A DNA stretch of 14,818 bases, from the NCBI GenBank assembly GCA_030704615.1, contig JAKLZA010000375.1, forward strand, positions 1-14,818. The letters run 5' to 3'. This DNA is from Takakia lepidozioides. Taxonomy: Eukaryota; Plantae; Bryophyta. The position numbers and the translations under genes are program-made. Within the stretch, counting starts at the first letter, position 1. Each line of letters opens with the position of its first letter. Below, piece after piece: positions 1 to 10,090 of the stretch. The notes under the pieces were generated by a model, which saw nothing but the letters and a program-made list of their open reading frames with translations, ran no database searches and was not told the DNA's origin.

Positions 1-777
1 GTAACGCCATCTGTGGCCCTACCTTCTGCCCACTGACAGGTGCTGGCACCCTTGCTGGTGCGGGTCCTTCTGGACCTGTTGTTTTTGTGGTGGATCTTCC
101 ACCAAGTGGTGGCCCTTGAGCACTCTTGCTTCTAGCCCCACGATATTCACAGTATTCCCAGCTTCAGTTGCACTACTTCCCACACTCCCTGTCCCCCAGA
201 GCCAGATCCAGGCAGCCCGCCTGATCCTCCCTGAGCCGACACCTTCGTTGGCCTGTGATCCAAGTGCTCCACTTGATCTAGGTCCAACGGGTTGGGATGT
301 CCTGGTTGTAGTCTCAACCTCAGCTGTTTGGGTCTACTTCTTCATATTCTTCCTCTTCCAATTTCTTCTCTCTGTTTTCATCCTCCAAGTTCTGCCCTTG
401 GGTTTCTTCTTCACTCATGTAACTCAACTGTAATGGTGTTGGAGAGTCTGAACTCTCCGTTGGCTCTGCCACATCCTCTTCTCCTTCTTCATCTTCTGCT
501 TCAGAAACTGGAGTTCCTGCTTTTGGTGTTCCATGCCAACTCTTATCAAAGATTTCTGTCAAATCTTTTATCCAAGGATGTACCTCAGATCTTTCACCTC
601 GTGATTGATCTCTTTCTGTACCAATTCCCTTAATCTTTCTTGCAAAGAAACAGAAGGAGTGGCATCCAACTCTAGTTCTTCCGGTATAGGTGATTGCACT
701 CTTTGATCTTAATGGTGTGAGAGGTCCAGATGATTCCCCTATGTCTATTCCTCTCTCCCAAAGATATGGATAATTAG
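1..777 (-). pseudogene. Flanking ORF interrupted by the transposon; acidic then Gly/Ser/Pro-rich, product unknown (possibly the 5' region of a retrotransposon ORF)
   Basis: ORF 320-886(-) reads NYPYLWERGIDIGESSG...EEEEYEEVD. The reverse complement of the right flank continues the same frame (KRESYLKANY). No diagnostic domain is seen. Confidence 0.5.
769..777 (+). repeat. Left target-site duplication GATAATTAG
   Basis: Identical to 14786-14794 and directly abuts the left TIR. Confidence 0.9.
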
Positions 778-850
778 GGGGGCTGCTATTTCCTGAGCGG
801 CATGAGCATGAGCGGCATGAGCATGAGCGGAAAAAAAAAAAGCATGAGCA
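778..850 (+). repeat. Left terminal inverted repeat with internal CATGAG/CATGAGCGG tandem units
   Basis: GGGGGCTGCTATTTCCTGAGCGGCATGAGCATGAGCGGCATGAGCATGAGCGG; inverse of about 14731-14785. Confidence 0.85.
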
Positions 851-1012
851 GACCATTGTGAGTCCCGGAATAGGGTTAGGAGGCACGAAATAGGGTCATG
901 TGAAGTTGGAATGTGGCACCAGTGGACTTAAAATGCAACATTTTATTGCAAATTTTGTGGCAAGCCACGTCTATACACAGTGGTGTTCTAACTGTCATAG
1001 CCGTAATGGGCA

Positions 1013-4000
1013 CTACTCTCCTACACCCTCCGAGGAACTTTGCCCCACCTTCTTCCTCATCCCCCTCTCCCCCTCATCCTCTCTCTGTGATGCATCAGTT
1101 CCACTATGCCTCTCAAAAATCCCGTCCTCTCCTTGGGGGACTGTCCACCTCACCTCCTGGGAATCTTCTGCGTCTTCTCCCCCACTTTCCTCAGCAGAAT
1201 CCAACACAAATCTACGAGCCCGACGGGCTCTAATAGCTGCTGCCTCTCCTCCCTCATCTTCATTTTTCTTTGAGGCTTGCCTCGTCTAAAATCTGCTGTA
1301 CAACGACTACGTTCGGAACACCTCCTAATGGACACCGAAGCAAGCCGGGCAGCATAAGTAGGCAGGATGTACTCCCTTTCTGGCTAGCATGAAATCTCCC
1401 CTGGCAAAAAGGCACGTTCCTCCTGCTCATGAACTCCGTGTAGACGTCCCTCCGGCCGTAATTGGCACTCCTCCATCCTACAGAAACAAATCCACTTGAA
1501 GAATGTCAATACCAGCTCACAACCAGAAAGGGTTTTCAATGAAATAAGAGAGCGGAGGGAGGTGCCTCACAAATCTGGAGGCAACTTACAATGCCAACAC
1601 TCACTACGTAAACCGGGGGCTCCTCGGCCTCGATCCCAACTTTCCTCCCCCCCTCTCCTTCTTCTCGATTTTTCCTCATCCTCCGAGGATGCCTCTTCCT
1701 CTTTCGGCAGACTTCAGCCGCTGCAAGTTCCGAGTTGTGGAGGGCAGTATCTGGCTCGAAGGCGAACAATGCCTGTCGGACAACGTCCCTGCCCACATTG
1801 AAGCACCTGAGGAACAAAGCGGGCGGTTAATAGCTTGCGGCATGCATTGCAATGGGGCCAGAGGGACAAACTGAGCACGTGAAGGCTTACCCGTGCCGCA
1901 TGTGAGGTCCAGATCCGCCCTTGGACATCCGAGCACGTCTCCATGAGGGTTTGGATGAAAGCAGGGCTTCGGGTCCGGCTGTACCGCCACGGTTTGGCTG
2001 TCTTTGTGTCCTTCGGCATACTAGAGTGGGGCACATAGTTGTAGAGGACATCGTAGGTTACAGGGTCCACAGCGCATCAACAAGACGACCGTCGTTTGCG
2101 GGAATTTGAACGTAGACCCTCTCTTCACAAAGCAATATGCCTCAAACACCAATTGTCTTGCACATCCAACAAAGAGGGATCAATTCCAGGGTCTACTTAA
2201 CATACACCACAATATGAAGTGAATGCAATAATTGATAACTTACACTTTGGCCCTCTGTTCGCAACCCCTGCGTACTGATGCAGAACCATTTTCTGAGGAG
2301 GACCGGGGTGACACTTTCGGTGTCCACCTTGCCACCGCATTCTCTGTGGTCTTCCCTCTCGGGCAAGACAACCACACATCCACCGTCATCCAGAAGCATC
2401 CCCCGCCAGCCCAACCCGGCTTTCCAGTAGTCCCTCGTAAACCTGTTCCAGGTGGGCACACCATCCAGGCCCTCCAGCAGCTCCCCAGTGGAATGTGTCG
2501 AGGAGAATCATGTCGCAAGCTCTCTCCACCTCAACCCCCCCCCCCGAGTGCTCTTGCAATTCGTGCCCACAGCCGTGAAGAATTCCATCATGGCTTCAAA
2601 ACCAGGGGTGTCTTTAGGCTCTGTACCGGCAGCCCTCTTCTGGCTTTCCCTTCTGCTCCGCCAGAGACTTGTGTGTGCCACCTCACCTTCTTCACCCTGG
2701 GCACGAGAGCGTCAAGGAAGCCTCATTGACTCATTGGATTATGGTTGGAGGTTTCTAGCTTTGGCCTGTCGTAAACGTCACCAGCCGAATACCGCCGTGT
2801 AGGCTCGCCCTCAAATGCCAACTCTTGGCAGAGCCAGTCCCACTCCGAACTGACTTGGGAACCCGGACGACCGGTGACTGGGTAGGAGCAACAGCAAGTC
2901 GCAGGACCTTGAACAAAATCGGCGTCGGAGTCACTCTCTTGGGTCCCCTCCTGCGCCTCTCCGATGCCCCGATGGTTTTTCTCTTTTTTTGGGTGTTTAC
3001 TGCAGTCACCTGTTTCTTGTCCTTTTTTCTTTGACCTTTATCTTCTCATGCAATTCTCCTGAATTCCTGCCTGAGCAAGCTCTGCCGCTTCCTAGAGTTC
3101 GCAAGCGCTTTTGCCTCTTTTGCACCACCAACGAGGCAAGCGGAGCCCGGTTTCGTCGGAATTCAGCATCCAGCCTTCAATTGAAAACTCGGATGGGTCG
3201 AGCGAGCCGGGCGAAGGTCCACATACCAAGGGCAATCCACGCAAATGTTCCAGATGCCACTCCTTCACAATATCGTCAGTGTACATGGAGTCAGCCCCAG
3301 GGTTTCCTCCATGCCAGGAAGAATGGTGGCTCGAAAGACAGATGACATTTCTCCAAAAGCGAGACTTACACAGTACCTGCATTCATGAAAAACCCAATGA
3401 GGTCCGAAAATGGCTAAGTCCCTGAACGGCAATAGGGCCTACAACTGTAATTGGCGCCGAAATTTTCCACTTCAGGGCCACCCAGTCTAGGGATTAGCCC
3501 GAAAATGGCTAAGTCCTGGACGGCAATAGGCCTGGAACTGGAAAACGGCGCCGAATTCCAGTTCCGTGCCAGCCCCCTAGGGACTTAGACCAAAAATGGC
3601 TAAGTCCCTGGATGGCAATAGGGTCCTAGAACTGGACAACGGCGCCGAATTTCCAGTTCCGGGCCAGCCACCCTAGGGACTTAGACCCGGAAAATGGCTA
3701 AGTCCCCTGGACGGCAATAGGGCCTGGAACTGGAATAGTGGCGCCGAATTTCCACTTCAGGGCCAGCCAGTCTAGGGACTTAGCCCGAAAATGGCTAAGT
3801 CCCTGGACGGCAATAGGGCCTCGAACTGGAAAACGGCGCCGAATTTCCAGTTCCGGGCCAGCCACCTAATGGACTTAGACCGAAAATGGCTAAGTCCCTG
3901 GAGGCAATAGGGCCTGGAACTGGAATATGGCGCCGAATTTCCACTTCAGGGCCAAGCCAGTCTAGGGACTTAGCCCGAAATGGCTAAGTCCTGGACGGCA

Positions 4001-7000
4001 ATAGGGCCTAGAACTGGAAACGGGCGCCGAATTTCCAGTTCCGGCCAGCCACACTAGGACTTAGCCCGAAAATGGCTAAGTCCCTGACGGCAATAGGGCC
4101 TGGAACTGGAAATGGCGCCGAATTTCCAGTTCCGGGCCAGCCAGTCTGGGACTTTGCCATTTCGGAGCCGACTGGAAATTCGGCGCCATTTTCCCTAACC
4201 ACCACTTAGCCCCTCTAACATCCTGAAATGCCAGGACTTGAAGGAAAGTCAGCGCGTATTACCTTACAGAAGGCCGCATTGCTGCTTTGTTCCGCGTTCT
4301 GCTGGTCGTGAACTCGTGGCTCCGGCGAGCATCTGCTATCTCCCGAAAGAATAGGTTGGTTTTGTAGAGCAGAAAGTACCTCGTCACATAGTCACGCAGG
4401 CTCTCTGCTGCAGGAGATATCTCCATCTTGAACTGATGTGCTTGTGTGTCCAGCTGCTCTTGCGCATTCGTCGTCACCTGTGGAGATTGTCCATCAGATC
4501 GCTTTCCTCAAAAAATACAATGAATCACCCCCTACTAGAGTACAAGCCCCAAACGAAGCGTGGGGAAGTACCTGAAACCACCATGTCATGCGGTTCATCC
4601 ACATGTCGAATGTGGGGTCAGAGAGTTTGTCCGGTTTGGGGAAGCTCCACATGTCCCTGGTACTTTGGGAACCATTCCAGATTTGGAGCCACCGGGTCTG
4701 TCCAACCACCCAGCATATTCGTAAGCGCCAAACACCACAAAAAGGAGTTGTTGCCACCACAATTTGGTTAAGAATGTATCACCTTTTCTGTTGCATCCAC
4801 ACAGGATGTGGCTAGACGATGGAGCTTCTCCAATGTCATCGTGGGCTTCAGAGCGCGAGAGTAGTGCTTTCCCACCTCCACCAGAAAGTCGGCACCAAGG
4901 GCGGGATCAGCTATGGCCACGTACTTTACCATCCGCGACTTGTACTTTATGCGGGCCCTCACCTCCGCAGCTTTGACATACGATTCGAGTTCCGGGAGGG
5001 TTGGATTCTTCTCCTCTGACTCCATGTAGAACCTCCGCGCATGTGCCAAATCCTGCTGTATTTTCGTCTGTCGAAAAGCAGCACATAAGATTAGAGATCC
5101 TGCTCAACACAATTTCTTCTATTGGGGGAGGAGAGACAAATTAGCTCAACAAAACTGCAGGAGCTTTACCCGAAATATGTAGTCCACCATGGCGTCGACG
5201 CTCAGCCTATACCAGGTTCTGTCTGCCTTTGCCTCCGACTTGCGCAGGAGGTCGGCACTGAGGGAATTGGCAAACTCTTCCACCCCCTGCCTCCCGACAT
5301 CCTTCACTCGGAAGAGCATATGGGACAAGTTGGGGCAATGAAGCATTCTCAGTCACCCTGCAGTGCCACATTCCATCAAACAATACTGAAATGGGAATTT
5401 TCATCATATATGAGGATTCGCAATGAAATGACTTCCAAATTCAAAGTCCAAAAGCGAGAGGGGTTGTAGCTTACGAGTTGATGTCGGCCATTGCAGCTTT
5501 GAGAAGACTGCGATCTTTGGGCCCCGCACCCTCAGCACAACACAATCGACGGCGAAATGCCAATCGAGATCGTTGGGGTGGGCTTGGGCAATGTGCTCCA
5601 TCCATGCCAGGAGGCGATGATTGCCGTCCACACGTAGAACATCTTACCGGACATGTGCTGGAAAAGAGGATCACTAGCAATCGATCTCTCGAACTCCTCA
5701 TTTCGCGTTTGCCAATGGGGACCCCATTTGTCCACCTCATCGGAAGTGTGGGCACGGGAAGCTCCGTGGTCGTTCTCAATGGAAACGTAAAAGGCGGCAG
5801 ACCCCATTCGATATCCATCCCGGAAAGAGAATTTCAGCTTGTCGATATCGCCTGGGAGGGCAGGTCTCACCACCTGCAATGACACCAAGCGGCAAAGGGG
5901 AATTCGAAGCTTGGCCGGGTACACCATGCCCCCCAGCACCCTGCCAATGTTGCTGTGGGTTGCCTCCAACATCTTGGCAGCGGCCAACTTCATATCCGCC
6001 TCAGACATGACGTCTGCTGCAGAGGGGTTTTCCGGCAGCCACCAAGACCGCCAAATCCAGCCTGTATGCTCCGGGTTTGGGGCCTGGGGATGTCCGGGAG
6101 AATGTCATCCTGGTCAGAAACATCCATGTCGTCCTCCTCAACAGGGTCAGCCACCTGCGAAACCACTCCAGCACTCTCGTCGTCTCTACTGCCCTCTCCC
6201 TGGCTTCACCTCGAACTTGCACAATCGGTGCTCTTTCAGGTGTTCTTTCCTCTCCTCCACTCTCCACCGTGGGGTAATTGCGGGGCTGCACTTGCCCGCG
6301 ATGGTCTAACGGTGTGTGTGCTACTGCCTCTCTGTGGTGTCTTGTAGGGATCCACCGTCTCTGTGTGTCCCTCGCTTACATTGGCATCTGTCATTTGGGC
6401 ACCCCGGGCCTCTTCAGCTGCCTTTTGTCTTTCCTCCTTGCTAGCATTCTGTCTCGTCTGTTCTTTTGCCCTCTCTTTGCCCTCTCACGGGCTTTCTGTT
6501 CTTACTAGGGCTAGCAACAGGGGAGCCCTCCAGGACGACCACCTTTGATTGAGGCGAACTGACACCCTCGCGCGCACTGCTCACTCCCCCCTCCGCAGCC
6601 CGTGACTGCTCTCTCGCCGGGGATTGCATGTGCTTAGCTTCTTCTTTTTCTTTGCGTGGGCGGGCCCTACTGCATGTGCATGAACAACCTCCATTGCCGG
6701 ATCTGCTGTCCTCATGTCCTCACGCCCTTCACCTGCCATGCCGCCTGCACCAACCTCCCCAATGCCTACTCTATCGTAATCTCGTTGCAAGTCCTCCCGT
6801 CCACCAACAAAAGATTTAAGTTTGCCCTCTCGCCCCAAGTTGGGCGATTCAAACATGCGATGAGTTGGAGCTGTCGATGATGATACCACCAGCGTGCCGG
6901 GCTCGTCGTCACTCTGTGATTGACAAAAATCGTGAACACCAACAGTTGGTGCAAAAAGCAGCAGCGCAACCACCATAGCAGCAATCATGTAGCAAAAATG

Positions 7001-7490
7001 AAAACATAACAAGTTTAGAAAGTATGGAGAGCCATGCAACAACAATGAAAACAAATGCAACCATTGCCTAAGAATGACATGCACAAGCAGCCTTCTCCAG
7101 AGCTGCCGGATTTGCACACGCATTGCAAACAATCTAAGGTTCAGTCAACTATCTAAAGTTCACTCATAAAGCAAAGCCAGGATGAAGATGCAGAAAAAAC
7201 AAGCGAGTAACGAAGCGAAAGCAAAAAAGAAATCGAACAAACCGAAAGCAGAAGTGGCTTGCCTGAGAGTACTCGGCTTCAGTTGGCGCAGGTTGTGAGC
7301 AAGACACTGGAATCTCCTGCTGGAGCTTCAGTTTGGCCATGCGAGAGATTGGCCGTCGTCCGTAGTACAGAGCTTTCAACTTCCGCCGCGGTCTGGATCT
7401 GAGGTCTCTCTCAGGAGAGCCACGCCCTTCAGGCGGCATAAGTCCCAGCCAAAAAGATCTCTTTTTTGGGGTACATGCCTGGAATACCAT
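1013..7490 (-). CDS. Multi-exon cargo gene (~1500 aa if one gene): low-complexity N-terminus, ParB/Sulfiredoxin-like domain, helical region, beta-class N4C/N6A DNA methyltransferase-like domain, acidic tail; frameshifted
   Basis: Stitched - strand ORFs (7164-7490, 6581-7132, 5532-6008, 5404-5631, 5146-5346, 4768-5049, 4494-4760, 4259-4477, 3092-3382, 2193-2459, 1714-2070, 1676-1990, 1536-1817, 1013-1207). Predicted introns: 7262-6914 (GC-AG), 5474-5358, 5169-5068, 4571-4478, 4267-3377, 2243-2157, 1890-1807, 1604-1478; most join in frame. Single-gene status is not proven. Confidence 0.7.
1749..2515 (-). other. Beta-class amino (N4-cytosine/N6-adenine) DNA methyltransferase-like domain
   Basis: Motif order IV (CDMILLD[I]PLG after a 2-nt correction), W-helix and LLDDGGCVVV (cf. 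RvLKpgGsi), EAYCFVKRG, then RSPAFIQTLMETCSD (motif X, cf. KP..L...lI...s), DLTCGTG/ASMWAG (motif I, SAM-binding, split by intron 1890-1807), DRH.FAFEPD (cf. gR..igiE.d). Confidence 0.72.
3404..4190. repeat. Tandem array A: ~95-bp unit, ~8 copies, internally palindromic, inside predicted intron 3377-4267
   Basis: Unit CCGAAAATGGCTAAGTCCCTGGACGGCAATAGGGCCTGGAACTGGAAAACGGCGCCGAATTTCCAGTTCCGGGCCAGCCACCTAGGGACTTAG starting near 3404, 3499, 3590, 3688, 3785, 3880, 3975 and 4065. Confidence 0.95.
5480..5910 (-). other. ParB/Sulfiredoxin-like domain
   Basis: IPLCRL...VRPALPGDIDKLKFSFRDGY...FYV...MFYVW-DGNHRLLAW (one frameshift just before D; DGNHR at 5628-5614) ...VDCVVL. Fits the ParB/Srx layout R-x-helix-L..S...G ... 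hh(D)GxxR. Confidence 0.75.
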
Positions 7491-7664
7491 GTTAAGCCAA
7501 GTATAGCATGAGATTTAGGGTACGTGTCCAGGAAGCCATGCGTCGCCAGCCCGAATAATAAGCGACGGCCGTCGACATTTATTGCCCAACGCGCGCAATT
7601 AAATGTCGGATGAAGCCCTCCATGTCGGAAGAAAATAGACGAAAACAGTCCCGGAATTTCCCTC

Positions 7665-8555
7665 ACGCAGGTAATTCGGAAGCGCGCGGAGGAAATCCGG
7701 CGCCGAATTTCCATCCGCGCAGGTAGGGCGGTGCGCAAATTTCCTTCAAGCAGGTAATTCGGATGCGCGCGGATGGAAATCCGGCGCCGAATTTCCATCC
7801 GCGCAGGGTAGGGCGGTGTGCGCCAAATTTCCTTCAGCAGGTAATTCGGATGCGCGCGGATGGAAATCGGCGCCGATTTCATGCGAAGGTAGGGCGGTGC
7901 GCCAAATTTCCTTCGAGCAGGTAATTCGGATGCGCGCGGATGAAATCCGGCGCCGAATTTCCATCCGCGCAGGTAGGCGGTGCGCCAAATTTCCTTCAAG
8001 CAGGTAATTCGGATGCGCGCGGATGGAAATCCGGCGCCGAATTTCCATCCGCGCAGGTAGGGCGGTAATTCGAGGATTGCGCGCGGATGGGAATCCGGCG
8101 CCGAATTCCATCCGCGCAGGTAGGCGGGGCTGCGCCAAATTCCTTCAAGCAGGTAATTCGGATGCGCGCGGATGGGAATCCGGCGCCGAATTCCATCCGC
8201 GCAGGTAGGGCGGTGCGCCAAATTTCCTTCAAGCAGGTAATTCGGATGCGCGCGGATGGGAATCCGGCGCCGAATTTCCTGAGCAGGTAAGGAGTCGAGG
8301 CCAAATTTCCTTCAAGCAGGTAATTCGGATGCGCGCGGATGGAAATCCGGCGCCGAATTCCAACGCGCAGGTGCGCGCCAAATTCCTCAAGCAGGTAATA
8401 GGATGCGCGCGGATGGAATCCGGGCCGAATTTCATCCGCGCAGTAGGGCTGCGCCAAATTTCCTTCGAGCAGTAATTCGGATCGCGGATGGTAATCCGGA
8501 GCGAATTTCCATCCGCAGGTAATTTTGGATGATGGAAATTCGGCGCGAATTTGTA
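7665..8555. repeat. Tandem array B: ~84-bp unit, ~10 copies, with a ~38-bp near-perfect palindrome
   Basis: Unit AAGCAGGTAATTCGGATGCGCGCGGATGGAAATCCGGCGCCGAATTTCCATCCGCGCAGGTAGGGCGGTGCGCCAAATTTCCTTC. Confidence 0.95.
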
Positions 8556-8616
8556 CAGCAGGTAAGCGGGATCGATGCCACGATCGGTGCAATGAATTCG
8601 GCGCCGAATTTAATTA

Positions 8617-8912
8617 CCATGTATTTCTGAGCGAGGAATTACCTTCGTGCAGGAATTACCATAAAGAATTACCTTCTGCAGGTAATCGCATACAAGATTA
8701 CCTTCATGCAGGTAATTTCCAGATGAAAATTTACCTGCATGCAGGTAATTCTGGACGAGGAATAAACATCGATTGGAAATACCTGCAGGAAGGTAATTGT
8801 CATCTGGAAATACCTGCACGAAGGTAATTCTTGTATGGAATTACCTGCGCCGAAGGTAATTCTTTATGGGAATTACCTGCACGAAGGTATTCCTCGATTC
8901 AGAAATAAATGG
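8617..8912. repeat. Foldback inverted repeat (~135-bp arms, ~28-bp loop) made of ~30-bp ATTACCT...AGGTAAT subunits
   Basis: The reverse complement of 8779-8912 (CCATTTATTTCTGAATCGAGGAATACCTTCGTGCAGGTAATTCCCATAAAGAATTACCTTC...) closely matches 8617-8750 (CCATGTATTTCTGAGCGAGGAATTACCTTCGTGCAGGAATTACCATAAAGAATTACCTTC...). Confidence 0.88.
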
Positions 8913-8917
8913 CCGAG

Positions 8918-9415
8918 TGGAAATCCGGCGCCGAATATCCATACGGCACCGATCCGACTTACCTGCTGGATGGAAATTCGGCGCCGAATTTCCATTCATC
9001 CACGATTCGATTACCTGCTGGATGGAAATTCGGCGCCGAATTTCCATCAGCCCGATCCGAATTACCTGCATGATGGAAATTCGGCGCCGAATCCATTCAT
9101 CCACGATTCGATTACCTGCAGGATGGAAATTCGGCCCGAATATCCATCCATCCGAGGTCCGACACTTACCTGCTGGATGGAAATTCGGCGCCGAATTTCC
9201 ATTCATTCACGATTCGAATTACCTGCAGGATGGAATTCGGCGCCGAATCTCCATCCTCCGAGATTCCGACTTACCTGCTGGATGGAAATTCGGCGCCGAA
9301 TTTCCATTCATCCCGATTCGAATTACCTGCAGGATGGAAATTCGGCGCCGAATATCCATCCATCCCGATTCCGACTTACTGCTGGATGGAAATTCGGCGC
9401 CGAATCTCCATCCAG
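8918..9415. repeat. Tandem array D: ~52-55-bp unit, ~9 copies
   Basis: Unit approximately GATTCGAATTACCTGCAGGATGGAAATTCGGCGCCGAATTTCCATTCATCCAC; contains the perfect 22-bp palindrome GGAAATTCGGCGCCGAATTTCC. Confidence 0.93.
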
Positions 9416-10090
9416 GGGGAATGGTCTCTGTGGAGGAGGTGCGGGAGGTGCCGCCTCTCCGCCGCTCTGTTGGATATTCGGTGCCGAATTCCGTCCCGGG
9501 GGTTGAAATATGACTGCCAGGTTCCGACCTCTCCCCCTCCCCGACTTCATTGGAACGGCCCCGAATTGAAATTCGGCGCCGTTTTCTCATCTGTGGAGGT
9601 TTTTATGTCGGCCAGTTTCGCTCTGACCACGCCGACAACACTTCCTTTGGGGGGGCCCGGATGGAATTCGGCGCCGAATGGCCGTCCAGGGGATGTTCTC
9701 TGTCGCACACTGGCCGGCCTCTGTGCCCCAGGCGACTTCATCCGGGCGTCCCCTGTTCGATATTCGTTGCCGAATTTCCGTCCGGGGGTTGAAATGTGAC
9801 AGCCAACTGCAGGCCACTCCCCCCTCCCCGACTGCATCCGAATCGCCCCGGATGGAAATTCGGCGCCGTTTTTCCATCTGGGGATGTTTTTATGCCGTCC
9901 AGTTTTCGGCCTGACCCCCCGACACGACTCCCTTTGGGGGGACCGGATGGAAATTCGGCGCCGAATCTCCATCCAGAAGATGTTATCTGTCGCACACACT
10001 CCGGCCTCTGCGCCCGAGGCGACTTCATCCGGGCTTCCTCTGTTGGATGTTGGGTGCCGAATTTCCATTCGGGGGTGGTAGTAATGTGAC
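9384..10090. repeat. Array E: ~287-bp higher-order repeat, ~2.4 copies, each with three palindromic cores ~95 bp apart
   Basis: GGGGTTGAAAT at ~9499 and ~9786; CTGTCGCACAC at ~9700 and ~9987; cores at ~9395, 9485, 9575, 9670, 9770, 9862, 9957 and 10057. Confidence 0.88.

Noticed and set aside
769-776. 8-bp TSD suggesting a hAT element
   Set aside because: The duplication extends to 9 bp, the TIRs align without gaps under the 9-bp assignment, and the transposase motifs are Mutator-type.
116-7132. Plus-strand ORFs such as 116-433, 900-1289, 2232-2729, 5478-5882 and 5839-6309
   Set aside because: They are antisense shadows of minus-strand coding regions, with no recognisable motifs.
8918-9415. 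CRISPR-like appearance: palindromic repeats separated by ~30-nt segments
   Set aside because: The intervening segments are near-copies of each other rather than unique spacers, there are no cas genes, and the context is eukaryotic with introns.
3404-10090. Canonical bacterial parS sites
   Set aside because: The palindrome does not match the TGTTNCACGTGAAACA parS consensus; the parS comparison is only an analogy.
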